Below, in pieces: positions 8,232 to 15,821 of a stretch of DNA of 32,000 bases (its first letter is position 1; each line of letters begins with the position of its first letter). Where the stretch lies: NCBI RefSeq assembly GCF_000621645.1, contig NZ_JHXR01000030.1:2979-34978 (forward strand), read 5' to 3'. Below the pieces are notes generated by a model, which was given only the letters and a program-made list of their open reading frames with translations, made no database searches and had not been told where the DNA came from. The DNA is from Vibrio cholerae ATCC 14035. GTDB taxonomy: Bacteria > Pseudomonadota > Gammaproteobacteria > Enterobacterales > Vibrionaceae. Made by a program: the position numbers and the translations under genes.

Positions 8232-8411
8232 TCAATAACCTCAGTCGCCAAATATGGCGGATAAAACAAGCCGTTATGCCAACTGAGGTTAGGCAACCAC
8301 AAAAACTGATGTAGGTCGCAACACCGACGAATATTAACTTTTAGAGTACGGCGTCTAATACGCAATAGATTGAGCTATCTATCAGTATAGACAATAAAAC
8401 CAATAAAAAAA

Positions 8412-8446
8412 TTGAGAGCATAAAATCACTGTATTAATATACAGTA
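8412..8446 (+). promoter_or_regulatory. Sigma70-type promoter overlapped by a LexA (SOS) box
   Basis: -35 TTGAGA (8412-8417), 17-bp spacer, -10 TAATAT (8435-8440). The 20-mer CACTGTATTAATATACAGTA (8427-8446) fits CTGT-N8-ACAG with perfect 7-bp arms, close to the TACTG(TA)5CAGTA consensus. Confidence 0.6.
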
Positions 8447-8468
8447 AACGTCAGTAGGAGACAGTCAA

Positions 8469-8714
8469 ATGTCTGAATTAAAACACTTAGGCAATATCAA
8501 TCACTGTGATGTTGCACTATCAGCACTTGAAATAATTCTGGACGGAGTAGCCAGCAGCGAAAGCACGGAGCGAACGAGACAAGCGGGGGCATACCTCGCA
8601 CGGCTCGTCATGGCTGATTCACACGGAAGTTTTGATACAGATAAACAAAAGGCCATTCTCAGCATTATTGAGATGGCCTCAGAAGTCGAAAACCCAAGAT
8701 TTTGCAGCAGTTGA
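8469..8714 (+). CDS. Small acidic protein (81 aa) under the LexA box; candidate Tum/DinI-like SOS antirepressor
   Basis: AGGAG at 8456-8460 and ATG at 8469. The product has the same length as E. coli DinI. Its C-terminal DKQKAILSIIEMASEVE loosely resembles my recollection of DinI EDKQRISEILQETWES. The functional call is inference. Confidence 0.5.
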   Translation: MSELKHLGNINHCDVALSALEIILDGVASSESTERTRQAGAYLARLVMADSHGSFDTDKQKAILSIIEMASEVENPRFCSS

Positions 8715-8966
8715 TCACAACATAGAAAGCTGATGCTTAAGCCGTTGCCGCGCTTCTGGCGGCAACGCTTTACACAAATCAAACGCCAGTTGGCTAGTTG
8801 TTTTTGCAGATGGGCTCAACGTATGGCTGTAAGAAAGGTTCATCACAAACGTGTGGCCGCATTCGGGGTCACAGCACGCACAATACAAATCCGCAACACC
8901 AGCGGTAAAGCGGTTCGTCTTCTGAATTCGGGCTTTACCTTCGCACTCAGGGCAGAACACTCTCAT
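8715..8966 (-). CDS. ogr: Ogr/Delta-family zinc-finger late transcription activator
   Basis: MRVFCPECEGKARIQKTNRFTAGVADLYCACCDPECGHTFVMNLS has the Cys4 pattern and spacing of P2 Ogr. Start taken at the internal Met (8966). Confidence 0.85.
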   Translation of the reverse strand: MRVFCPECEGKARIQKTNRFTAGVADLYCACCDPECGHTFVMNLSYSHTLSPSAKTTSQLAFDLCKALPPEARQRLKHQLSML

Positions 8967-9036
8967 AATAACACCTAGCTTTTTTTTGACTGACGCGATA
9001 ATCATACGTCAATAAGCTGTGTTTTTGTACAGTTTA

Positions 9037-9522
9037 TCAGCTTTCTAGCTGTAGAGGATTCGCGGCTTTACAGAGTTCTTCCCAAGAGTTTGGCACCTTG
9101 CCGCTGTTTAGCATCTTTTCAAACACTGCATAAACGTCAGTCTTTGCTCCTGCTTTACGCTGGGTAGATTCATCATTCATCCATGCATAAATGATGGTTT
9201 TAGGAGCTTGGCTATTAAATTGAAAAAACAACCGATATCTTGGAGGTAAACTCTTTTTCTTTACTCTGCGCCATGATGTGTGCTTTTTGCCAAGTGTAAG
9301 CCCTTGACGAAAATCAGCATGGTCAGGATTGGAAGGAACGGTTTGAGTAATATTACAAAGAACCGCAAGCAATAACTTAGTACTAGGGTGGTCGTAAAAA
9401 TAGATTGGGTCTTTGGCTTGAAGTGTTTCAACTTCTTTTGTTAGATCATCCAGAAGATTTTGGAAGATGGATAGAGCGTGAAGCTCATAACCAGAAAAAA
9501 CGGGAATTTGCTTCGTTTCCAA
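9037..9522 (-). CDS. yhaV: Type II toxin YhaV-family ribonuclease
   Basis: The blocks VETLQAKDP, TKLLLAVL and RYRLFFQFNSQAPKTIIYAWMNDESTQRKAGAKTDVYAVFEKML match remembered E. coli YhaV blocks. A sampled 60-nt line gives about 33% GC. Confidence 0.85.
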   Translation of the reverse strand: METKQIPVFSGYELHALSIFQNLLDDLTKEVETLQAKDPIYFYDHPSTKLLLAVLCNITQTVPSNPDHADFRQGLTLGKKHTSWRRVKKKSLPPRYRLFFQFNSQAPKTIIYAWMNDESTQRKAGAKTDVYAVFEKMLNSGKVPNSWEELCKAANPLQLES

Positions 9523-9525
9523 TCT

Positions 9526-9720
9526 CTATCCTTCCCAACACTCTGCGCGAGCCTTAGCCGCTTCTGCCGCCGCTTTTATGGCGAACATACGATCAAGAAG
9601 AGAAGTAGATAGCGGCTGAACGTTTCCCTCTACTTTTACTTCACGATCAAGTAAGTCGATGAATTTATCTTCAACTTCTCGTTCACGTTTTTTGTCGTGT
9701 AGTGGTATAACTTTGCCCAT
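9526..9720 (-). CDS. Short (64 aa) PrlF C-terminal-like partner of YhaV; no AbrB/SpoVT domain
   Basis: The gene ends 3 nt upstream of the toxin gene's start codon. ATG 9720 is preceded by TAAGGT. DKFIDLLDREVKVEGNVQPLS resembles the PrlF C-terminal segment NAFLRFLDADIQNNPQKTRPF. The family assignment is tentative. Confidence 0.5.
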   Translation of the reverse strand: MGKVIPLHDKKREREVEDKFIDLLDREVKVEGNVQPLSTSLLDRMFAIKAAAEAAKARAECWEG

Positions 9721-9766
9721 TTTATGAACCTTAACTCTTTGCAGCAACGGCTGCGTGATGGGAATT

Positions 9767-9781
9767 TGTACGGTCTGTACA
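9767..9781. promoter_or_regulatory. Palindrome TGTAC-N5-GTACA upstream of the toxin-antitoxin operon
   Basis: TGTACGGTCTGTACA lies about 45 nt upstream of the antitoxin ATG, inside an AT-rich promoter-like stretch. Confidence 0.35.
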
Positions 9782-9830
9782 TGCTGTAAAATATATCATA
9801 AAAATTTTTATAAACAAGTTTGAGGCTGCT

Positions 9831-9860
9831 CCATCGGCAGCTATCGGCGCTCATCGGTTT
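9831..9860 (+). repeat. Three exactly 10-bp-phased YYATCGG repeats
   Basis: CCATCGGCAG CTATCGGCGC TCATCGGTTT. CTATCGG recurs at 9941-9947 and 10161-10167 and is inverted at 10079-10085. Confidence 0.7.
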
Positions 9861-9956
9861 GACTAAAGGGTTATAGATGGTATAGCCTATAAGCGTGTTG
9901 GCAAAATCCAACACCGGGATTAGTACCCCGCATTATTTTTCTATCGGTACACAAGT

Positions 9957-9980
9957 ACCAGCTTTTTGCTGGTTTTTTTG
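9957..9980 (+). terminator. Orphan intrinsic terminator in non-coding DNA
   Basis: ACCAGC (9957-9962) pairs with GCTGGT (9968-9973) around a TTTTT loop, followed by T6. There is no plus-strand ORF upstream of it. Confidence 0.55.
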
Positions 9981-10175
9981 TGTATGGCTTCAGCACATTT
10001 AAACATAGTCGTTTCGTATAGAAACCGTACTATCTGCATTATGGTGGGCTGGGCAGGGGCGCTTCGGCGCGCCGTGTTCCGATAGAGCGGTAGTACTAAC
10101 CTTGTCCAGTTCACCACCCATAGATTAGTACCTTTGAGTGGTGAGTAACTAAAATTTACTCTATCGGAGGTCACT

Positions 10176-10853
10176 ATGACTTCAGTACTGACTTTTCAGG
10201 ACACCCATTTTGATGTAGTTGAACGTAACAATCAGTTGTATCTCGATGCGTACCAAATTGGTACGGCACTAGGTTATAGCGATCCAAGAACTGCTGTACG
10301 TAAAATTTTTAATCGTAACAAAGATGAGTTTTCCAGTGGAATGTCTGAGGTCATCAATTTGATGACCTCAGGAAACTACCAAAAATCCGTACGTATTTTC
10401 TCACTGCGCGGCGCTCACCTCATCGCCATGTTCGCCAGAACGGCCATCGCAAAACAGTTCAGAAAGTGGGTGCTCGATATCCTCGATCAAGAAACCAAAA
10501 CCCAAACCATCATCCCCATTACCACCCCAACGCAAATTCCCAAAGCCAACTGGCCGATCACCTACCAAACCGATTGGAAACCCGCCACCATCACGTTGTT
10601 TGGTAAAACCGCCCACTATGTGCGTTTCGAGCTAAGACCCAAACCATTCAGTTGCGAGTTCAGTGCAAAACACACTCCGCAGGTTTATCAGGCGGTATTC
10701 CATTTCGCTGACCAATACAAAAGACCAAGTATCAGGAATGAAGCCCCAATGATTGGGGATATTGGCTATTTTGAATCAACAAGGCTTGATGACTTATGGG
10801 TACAAGTTATTAACTTTGCGGCAAGGTGCAATAGCCAATGTGCCTTGCTTTAA
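10176..10853 (+). CDS. Bro-N domain protein (antirepressor-like) with an unknown C-terminal domain
   Basis: LTFQDTHFDVVERNNQLYLDAYQIGTALGYSDPRTAVRKIF...IFSLRGAHLIAMFARTAIAKQFRKWVLDIL follows the Bro-N pattern. GGAGG RBS is present. Confidence 0.8.
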   Translation: MTSVLTFQDTHFDVVERNNQLYLDAYQIGTALGYSDPRTAVRKIFNRNKDEFSSGMSEVINLMTSGNYQKSVRIFSLRGAHLIAMFARTAIAKQFRKWVLDILDQETKTQTIIPITTPTQIPKANWPITYQTDWKPATITLFGKTAHYVRFELRPKPFSCEFSAKHTPQVYQAVFHFADQYKRPSIRNEAPMIGDIGYFESTRLDDLWVQVINFAARCNSQCALL

Positions 10854-11887
10854 ACCTCGATGCTCAAATCAAAATTGAAAGACAGTGATTCCGGTATCTC
10901 TGGGTCACTGTTGATTGCATCAGAAAAACGCTTACACACCGGAACCACTTCATACTTGTCATAAACTTGGCTGACTTTGAGTGGGTCTGGTGCTGTTGCG
11001 TCTGTCTGCGGGATCATGCCGCCCATCCCTGCTGGGAAACGATGCCCCACAAAAATATCTTGCGCCGTGATGTTCTTGATCCGCTCAAACTCATCTTTCG
11101 TGGCAATATCGCCCACTGGAATCAGTTGAATGCCTTTCTCTGTCCCGTTCGGGATGTTCACAAACATACTGCGGAAATTACCGATCCCTTTAGAACTGGC
11201 AATCTTCTCTTTGAGTGCCTTTTCATCGTCATCGCTCAAGTTCGGGTCGGTCGCATAGAAAATAAAGCCCATGTGCGCACCGTTCAGGTAATAGCGGCGG
11301 CGAAACAGGGTGGCGTCACGGTTCAATAAACTGCTTTGAATGCTGCCCAAGTAATCAGGCAAGCCGTATATCTGCTGCTGCGGGTCATACTGGGGAATAA
11401 AAATCACATCCTTCGCTTTAAATACCTTTTGCTCGTTGTTACGCAGCAACTGAACAAAGTCCCCGTTCTTACGCTTGCGCATGTGAACCATGGGCAAAGG
11501 TTCAAGAGCGATCACATTCTTCATATAACTGCGTATCTTCACAAATGCTGCCATACCAAGGCCAAAATAATCCCAGCAAGCATTATTCATTTTGTACATA
11601 GGCATGTTGCCACCACTCAGGAAGCGACCAGCCACATAATTGGCCCGCGCTTTCAGCAGTGAACCGTGATACCCGTTCGCGTTGGCAATTTCAGCTAACC
11701 CTTTTAACGAAATAGGCGGCTCCCAGTAATCATCAAACTCGTTGTAAAACAGCTCACAATAACGAGTCATCCAACTGTTTGTATCAACGGGCTCCGGGTT
11801 TGGGTCAAAGCTGTACACAGATTTGCTCTCTGTGCCATCGGTAGTGTGTGAGTGAATAAGTTGCTCTGTCATGCTGCCATCTGCCAT
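10850..11887 (-). CDS. Q: Portal protein, P2 gpQ family
   Basis: The 345-aa gene follows the terminase in a P-then-Q operon. Synteny and length match gpQ. An alternative coupled start at 11872 overlaps the terminase stop (ATGA). Confidence 0.9.
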   Translation of the reverse strand: MADGSMTEQLIHSHTTDGTESKSVYSFDPNPEPVDTNSWMTRYCELFYNEFDDYWEPPISLKGLAEIANANGYHGSLLKARANYVAGRFLSGGNMPMYKMNNACWDYFGLGMAAFVKIRSYMKNVIALEPLPMVHMRKRKNGDFVQLLRNNEQKVFKAKDVIFIPQYDPQQQIYGLPDYLGSIQSSLLNRDATLFRRRYYLNGAHMGFIFYATDPNLSDDDEKALKEKIASSKGIGNFRSMFVNIPNGTEKGIQLIPVGDIATKDEFERIKNITAQDIFVGHRFPAGMGGMIPQTDATAPDPLKVSQVYDKYEVVPVCKRFSDAINSDPEIPESLSFNFDLSIEV

Positions 11888-13686
11888 GTTGATTTGCGTT
11901 GAGTGGAGTGATCGAGGGGTTCATTAATCAGCGCGTGAGAAAGAGCCCAAAAGTCGTCAGCGTGGCCAGCTTGCTCGCTACGTTCGGCCTTAAAGGTCAT
12001 CATGTTGCCGCTGTTCGTGGCGACACGCTTAATCGCCATAAACGCCATTGCCGTTTCTTTCATGCCCGCATCAAACTGCAGGCGGTTGCCGTCAATGATG
12101 TCGATCATCTTCATCACCAAGCGGTTTTTATTTTCGTTCGAATAGTGAATTGCCACCGTTTCGCGAGGGTGCTTATTAACCAGCAAGTCATGAACACCCG
12201 CGCCAATGCCGGTGATATCAATGCCAAGGTAAGTCACATTGAAGCGCTCAAACACTTTGCTGATCTCAGAAGCCTGATGTTGGAAAGAAAGCCCGCGCCA
12301 AGTGTGTTTCTCAAGCACACGGAATTTCTCAACCGCCACAATCGGTGGCGCGACCACCATCAGCACCGCATTATCACGGGTTCGTGATGGGTCATAGCCT
12401 AACCACACCTCACGGCTACCAAATGGGCGAGCAGCGTTTGGCTTGAAGTCCTGCCAAATCTCGCTATCCACCATGCAGCGTTCAATCTTATTAAATTCAA
12501 ATATCGAGCTGGCACCATCAACAAACACGCACATAAACAAGTTGTTGAAGTCCGTCTCGCTGTACTCTTCGCGCAGTTCCTCAATATCAAAGAGGTCACA
12601 GCCACCCTTAGCGGCATCCTCAATCGTAACCACATAACGCCACTGGCGATCAGGGCACAAGCGACCGCCATCGCGCAGTTCATCAAAGGTCGGGAACTCA
12701 ATATTTTTCCGAGTGGTTTTATCGCCGCGCCATTTTTCACCCGTCCAGAACGGGTAAGCAGGGTGCATCTTAGAAGAAGGGGTGGAAAAGTAAGTCTTAC
12801 GCCACTTTTTATGCGTAGCCATCGCCGAGGCGACTTTGTTCAGCTCGTCAAACTTGCCGATCCAGAAATACTCATCAATATAAACGTGGCCGTGGTAACT
12901 CTGTGCAGTTTTGCCGTTGGTAGAGAGATAGTGCAACTCTGCACCATTCGACAAAGTAGAAGGGTTACCCGTGATCTCAATGCCTAAAAACTCTTTTGCA
13001 ATCGCCACAATATAGCGACGGAAAACATCAGCTTGAGCGCGAGAGGCTGAGAGAAATATCTGGTTATCGCCCGTGAGAATCGCCTGTTCTAACGCTTCAC
13101 CTGCAAAGTAATAGGTTGCGCCAATTTGGCGAGACTTGAGAATGTTACGTGTCCGCTGGTGCAGGTTGTTACGCATCGTGTGCTGATAGGCAAACAGCGA
13201 GTCATGCCACAGCTTAAAATCGGCCTCGGTGATCTCACTAACATCATTCTTAACTTTCTTACGTTTACCACTGGGCGCAGATTGTTTACCAGAATCGCCC
13301 GTTTGTGTGCCAGATTCGGCCTTAGGTGAACCACTTTTGCTACTATGTGCACCACTTTGCGCCGAAACTGTACCAGCTTCATTGGGCTGAGTCGGTTGCT
13401 CAGTAGCGCGCAGCTTCTTAAGTTTGACGTGATGATTAATCAGCCGATCGAGCATATCCAACTGCGGTTTACTTGGGTTCTCTACCTCAAGCAGCGTTTG
13501 AATACGATTCGCGATAGCTTCATCAATCGTTTGTTCACGCAACATATCGCGCCAACCAAACTTATCCGCCCAGTAGTAAATAATTCGGTCACTGTTCAGA
13601 TTCAATTCGTCGGCGATTTCGCGTGGCGTCCATGCCTTCAAATAGAGGGCTCGGGCGGCTTGTCGGATTTCGGGAGAGTATGCCAT
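11869..13686 (-). CDS. P: Terminase large (ATPase) subunit, P2 gpP family
   Basis: The 605-aa product carries the Walker-like block [18 protein letters not shown]. It is divergent from the scaffold/capsid operon, as in P2. Confidence 0.9.
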   Translation of the reverse strand: MAYSPEIRQAARALYLKAWTPREIADELNLNSDRIIYYWADKFGWRDMLREQTIDEAIANRIQTLLEVENPSKPQLDMLDRLINHHVKLKKLRATEQPTQPNEAGTVSAQSGAHSSKSGSPKAESGTQTGDSGKQSAPSGKRKKVKNDVSEITEADFKLWHDSLFAYQHTMRNNLHQRTRNILKSRQIGATYYFAGEALEQAILTGDNQIFLSASRAQADVFRRYIVAIAKEFLGIEITGNPSTLSNGAELHYLSTNGKTAQSYHGHVYIDEYFWIGKFDELNKVASAMATHKKWRKTYFSTPSSKMHPAYPFWTGEKWRGDKTTRKNIEFPTFDELRDGGRLCPDRQWRYVVTIEDAAKGGCDLFDIEELREEYSETDFNNLFMCVFVDGASSIFEFNKIERCMVDSEIWQDFKPNAARPFGSREVWLGYDPSRTRDNAVLMVVAPPIVAVEKFRVLEKHTWRGLSFQHQASEISKVFERFNVTYLGIDITGIGAGVHDLLVNKHPRETVAIHYSNENKNRLVMKMIDIIDGNRLQFDAGMKETAMAFMAIKRVATNSGNMMTFKAERSEQAGHADDFWALSHALINEPLDHSTQRKSTWQMAA

Positions 13687-13732
13687 GAGTGCATCATACG
13701 CCGCGAAAACACCCTGATTCGCCTACAAAAAT

Positions 13733-13764
13733 TCCGACAATTTCGGATATAACGCCATATCCGA
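13733..13764. promoter_or_regulatory. Dyad symmetry in the divergent late-promoter region (candidate Ogr-type activator site)
   Basis: TCCGA-CAATT-TCGGA (13733-13747) overlaps TCGGATAT-AACGCC-ATATCCGA (13743-13764), which has 8-bp perfect arms. Confidence 0.4.
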
Positions 13765-13859
13765 ATTCACCCGAACACTGCTTGCTGAAAGCCAACTTTT
13801 TACGGCGTATGGTGGCGACACATTAACGAGATTCAGCAATAACCAAGAGTGTTCACCCC

Positions 13860-14759
13860 ATGCCAAAAACCAGTGATTGGGTAATAGTCGCCACAGCAGG
13901 AACAACAGTTTCTGATGGAAGAGTCATCAGCGAAAGCTGGATTAATGACATGGCAGAACTGTATGACCCAGAAGAGTACAAAGCTCTAATCTGGCCTGAG
14001 CATTATCGAAGTGCTTGGGCGGTATTTGAGGGTAAAAACTGGGGTGAAGTTGAAGAGCTAAAAGCAGGAAAGTTCAAAGACAAACTGCGACTTTTTGCCA
14101 AGTTAACGCCAAATCATTATCTGCTTGAAGCCAATAAAGACGGTCAAAAGCTCTTCTCATCAATCGAACCAGAACCGGATTACAAAAAAGAAGGACGTTG
14201 TTACTTGCTTGGCCTAGCTGTGACTGACTCCCCAGCATCATCGGGTACAACTCGCCTTCGCTTTTCTCGCGTTCAAGGTCAATACACGGAATTGGAGTGT
14301 AGCGCGTTGGAAGAATGGGACTTGACGCCGTTCTACAGCCAAAACGCTGAATTCTCGAAATTCTTTGCCATGTGCAGAAGCTTCTTTAATCGTGAACAGC
14401 CAAACGAAACCAACCAACCTCAATCAGAGGACGAAGAACCCATGAAGCAAGAACAGTTCGACCAAATGATGGGCGCTATTAACGGTATTGCGACTAAGCA
14501 AAACGAGCTTGAAAGCAAGTTCAATACCTTCTCCGCCCAAAAGCCAGAAACCAAAGGTGAAGAACCCGAAGGTGATGGCAAGGACAAGGAAACGAACGGC
14601 ATGACTCCTGAGCAGTTCAGCAAGCTCACAGAAACGCTTGATAGCATCGCTCAAAAGCAAGCCGATCTCGAAACCAAATTCACGCAACTGAGCCAAACGG
14701 GTCCCGAAGGCCAAGGCGCAGATAAATCAGGTGGCGGCGAAGGCTACATGCCTGTTTAA
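13860..14759 (+). CDS. O: Capsid scaffolding protein, P2 gpO family
   Basis: VSDGRVISESWINDMAELYDPEEY and CYLLGLAVTDSPASSGT parallel P2 gpO CDGRVISAQDIQEMAETFDPRVY and CYLVGLAVTDDPASLGT. Confidence 0.9.
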   Translation: MPKTSDWVIVATAGTTVSDGRVISESWINDMAELYDPEEYKALIWPEHYRSAWAVFEGKNWGEVEELKAGKFKDKLRLFAKLTPNHYLLEANKDGQKLFSSIEPEPDYKKEGRCYLLGLAVTDSPASSGTTRLRFSRVQGQYTELECSALEEWDLTPFYSQNAEFSKFFAMCRSFFNREQPNETNQPQSEDEEPMKQEQFDQMMGAINGIATKQNELESKFNTFSAQKPETKGEEPEGDGKDKETNGMTPEQFSKLTETLDSIAQKQADLETKFTQLSQTGPEGQGADKSGGGEGYMPV

Positions 14760-14795
14760 CCGCGAACCCATCACAGTAACTAGGAGCATCGCGTA

Positions 14796-15818
14796 ATGTC
14801 GCAGATTCTTACTCAATCCGCCCGTGAATACATGGATAACTTCGCTCAGCAATTGGCGAAAAGCTACGGCGTATCGAACGTAGCAGAACTATTCAATGTA
14901 TCACCGCAGTTGGAAACCAAACTTCGCGCAGCCATTACCGAGTCTGCCGAGTTTCTGAAAATTATCACCGTGACCACCGTTGACCAAATCGAAGGTCAAG
15001 TGGTCGATGTGGGTGTGTCCGGTCTTTACACTGGCCGTAAAGCGGGTGGCCGTTTCACCAAGCAAGTGGGCGTAGGTGGTCACAAATACAAACTCGCGGA
15101 AACCGATTCTTGTGCCGCCATCACTTGGGCAATGCTATGCCAGTGGGCGAACCAAGGTGGCCGCGATCAGTTCATGAAGCACCTGACTGAATTCTCTAAC
15201 CAAATGTTCGCACTCGACATCATGCGTGTGGGCTGGAATGGCGTTACCGCAGCAGAAACGACCAATCCAGCAGAGTATCCGCTCGGCCAAGATGTCAACG
15301 AAGGCTGGATTGCGTATGTGAAAAACCGCAAAGCCTCACAAGTGGTGGATGTCGATGTCTACTTCGATGAAACCAACGGCGACTACCGCACGCTAGACGC
15401 GATGGCCTCAGACATCATCAACAACCAAATTCACCCCATGTTCCGCAACGACCCACGCTTAACCGTGTTCGTCGGTTCAGGGCTGATAGGTGCCGCTCAA
15501 GCCAAACTGTACGACAAAGCGGACAAACCTAGCGAACAAATCGCCGCTCAAAAGCTCGATAAAACCATCGCAGGCCGTCCCGCTTACGTGCCGCCATTCC
15601 TGCCAGACAACGCCATGGTCGTGACCATTCCGGCAAACCTGCAGGTATTGACTCAGCACGGCACAGTGCAACGTAAAGCGAAACACGAATCTGATCGCAA
15701 GCAGTTCGAAAACGCATACTGGCGCATGGAAGGTTACGCAGTGGGTGTGTTGGAAGCGTTCGCCGCTTACAACCCAGAAAAAGTCCACATCGGCCCTAAA
15801 CCAGAGGCTGGAGCGTAA
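14796..15818 (+). CDS. N: Major capsid protein, P2 gpN family
   Basis: The 340-aa product contains GWNGVTAAETTNP..GQDVNEGWI, which matches gpN GFNGVKRAETSD..LQDVAVGWL. Synteny is O-N-M-L. Confidence 0.9.
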   Translation: MSQILTQSAREYMDNFAQQLAKSYGVSNVAELFNVSPQLETKLRAAITESAEFLKIITVTTVDQIEGQVVDVGVSGLYTGRKAGGRFTKQVGVGGHKYKLAETDSCAAITWAMLCQWANQGGRDQFMKHLTEFSNQMFALDIMRVGWNGVTAAETTNPAEYPLGQDVNEGWIAYVKNRKASQVVDVDVYFDETNGDYRTLDAMASDIINNQIHPMFRNDPRLTVFVGSGLIGAAQAKLYDKADKPSEQIAAQKLDKTIAGRPAYVPPFLPDNAMVVTIPANLQVLTQHGTVQRKAKHESDRKQFENAYWRMEGYAVGVLEAFAAYNPEKVHIGPKPEAGA

Positions 15819-15821
15819 CTG

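Noticed and set aside
9017-9032. A second CTGT-N8-ACAG match (CTGTGTTTTTGTACAG) between yhaV and ogr.
   Set aside because: The spacer is G/T-rich rather than alternating A/T, and the arms do not extend beyond CTGT/ACAG. About 0.5 such matches are expected by chance in 32 kb. It remains only a weak possibility for SOS input on ogr.
9636-10174. Two minus-strand ORFs (9636-9914, 92 aa; 9941-10174, 77 aa) in the repeat-rich intergenic region.
   Set aside because: The first overlaps the antitoxin gene out of frame and runs through promoter-like AT-rich DNA. The second spans the GC island and the repeats and abuts the terminator hairpin. Neither has an RBS or a recognisable protein pattern.
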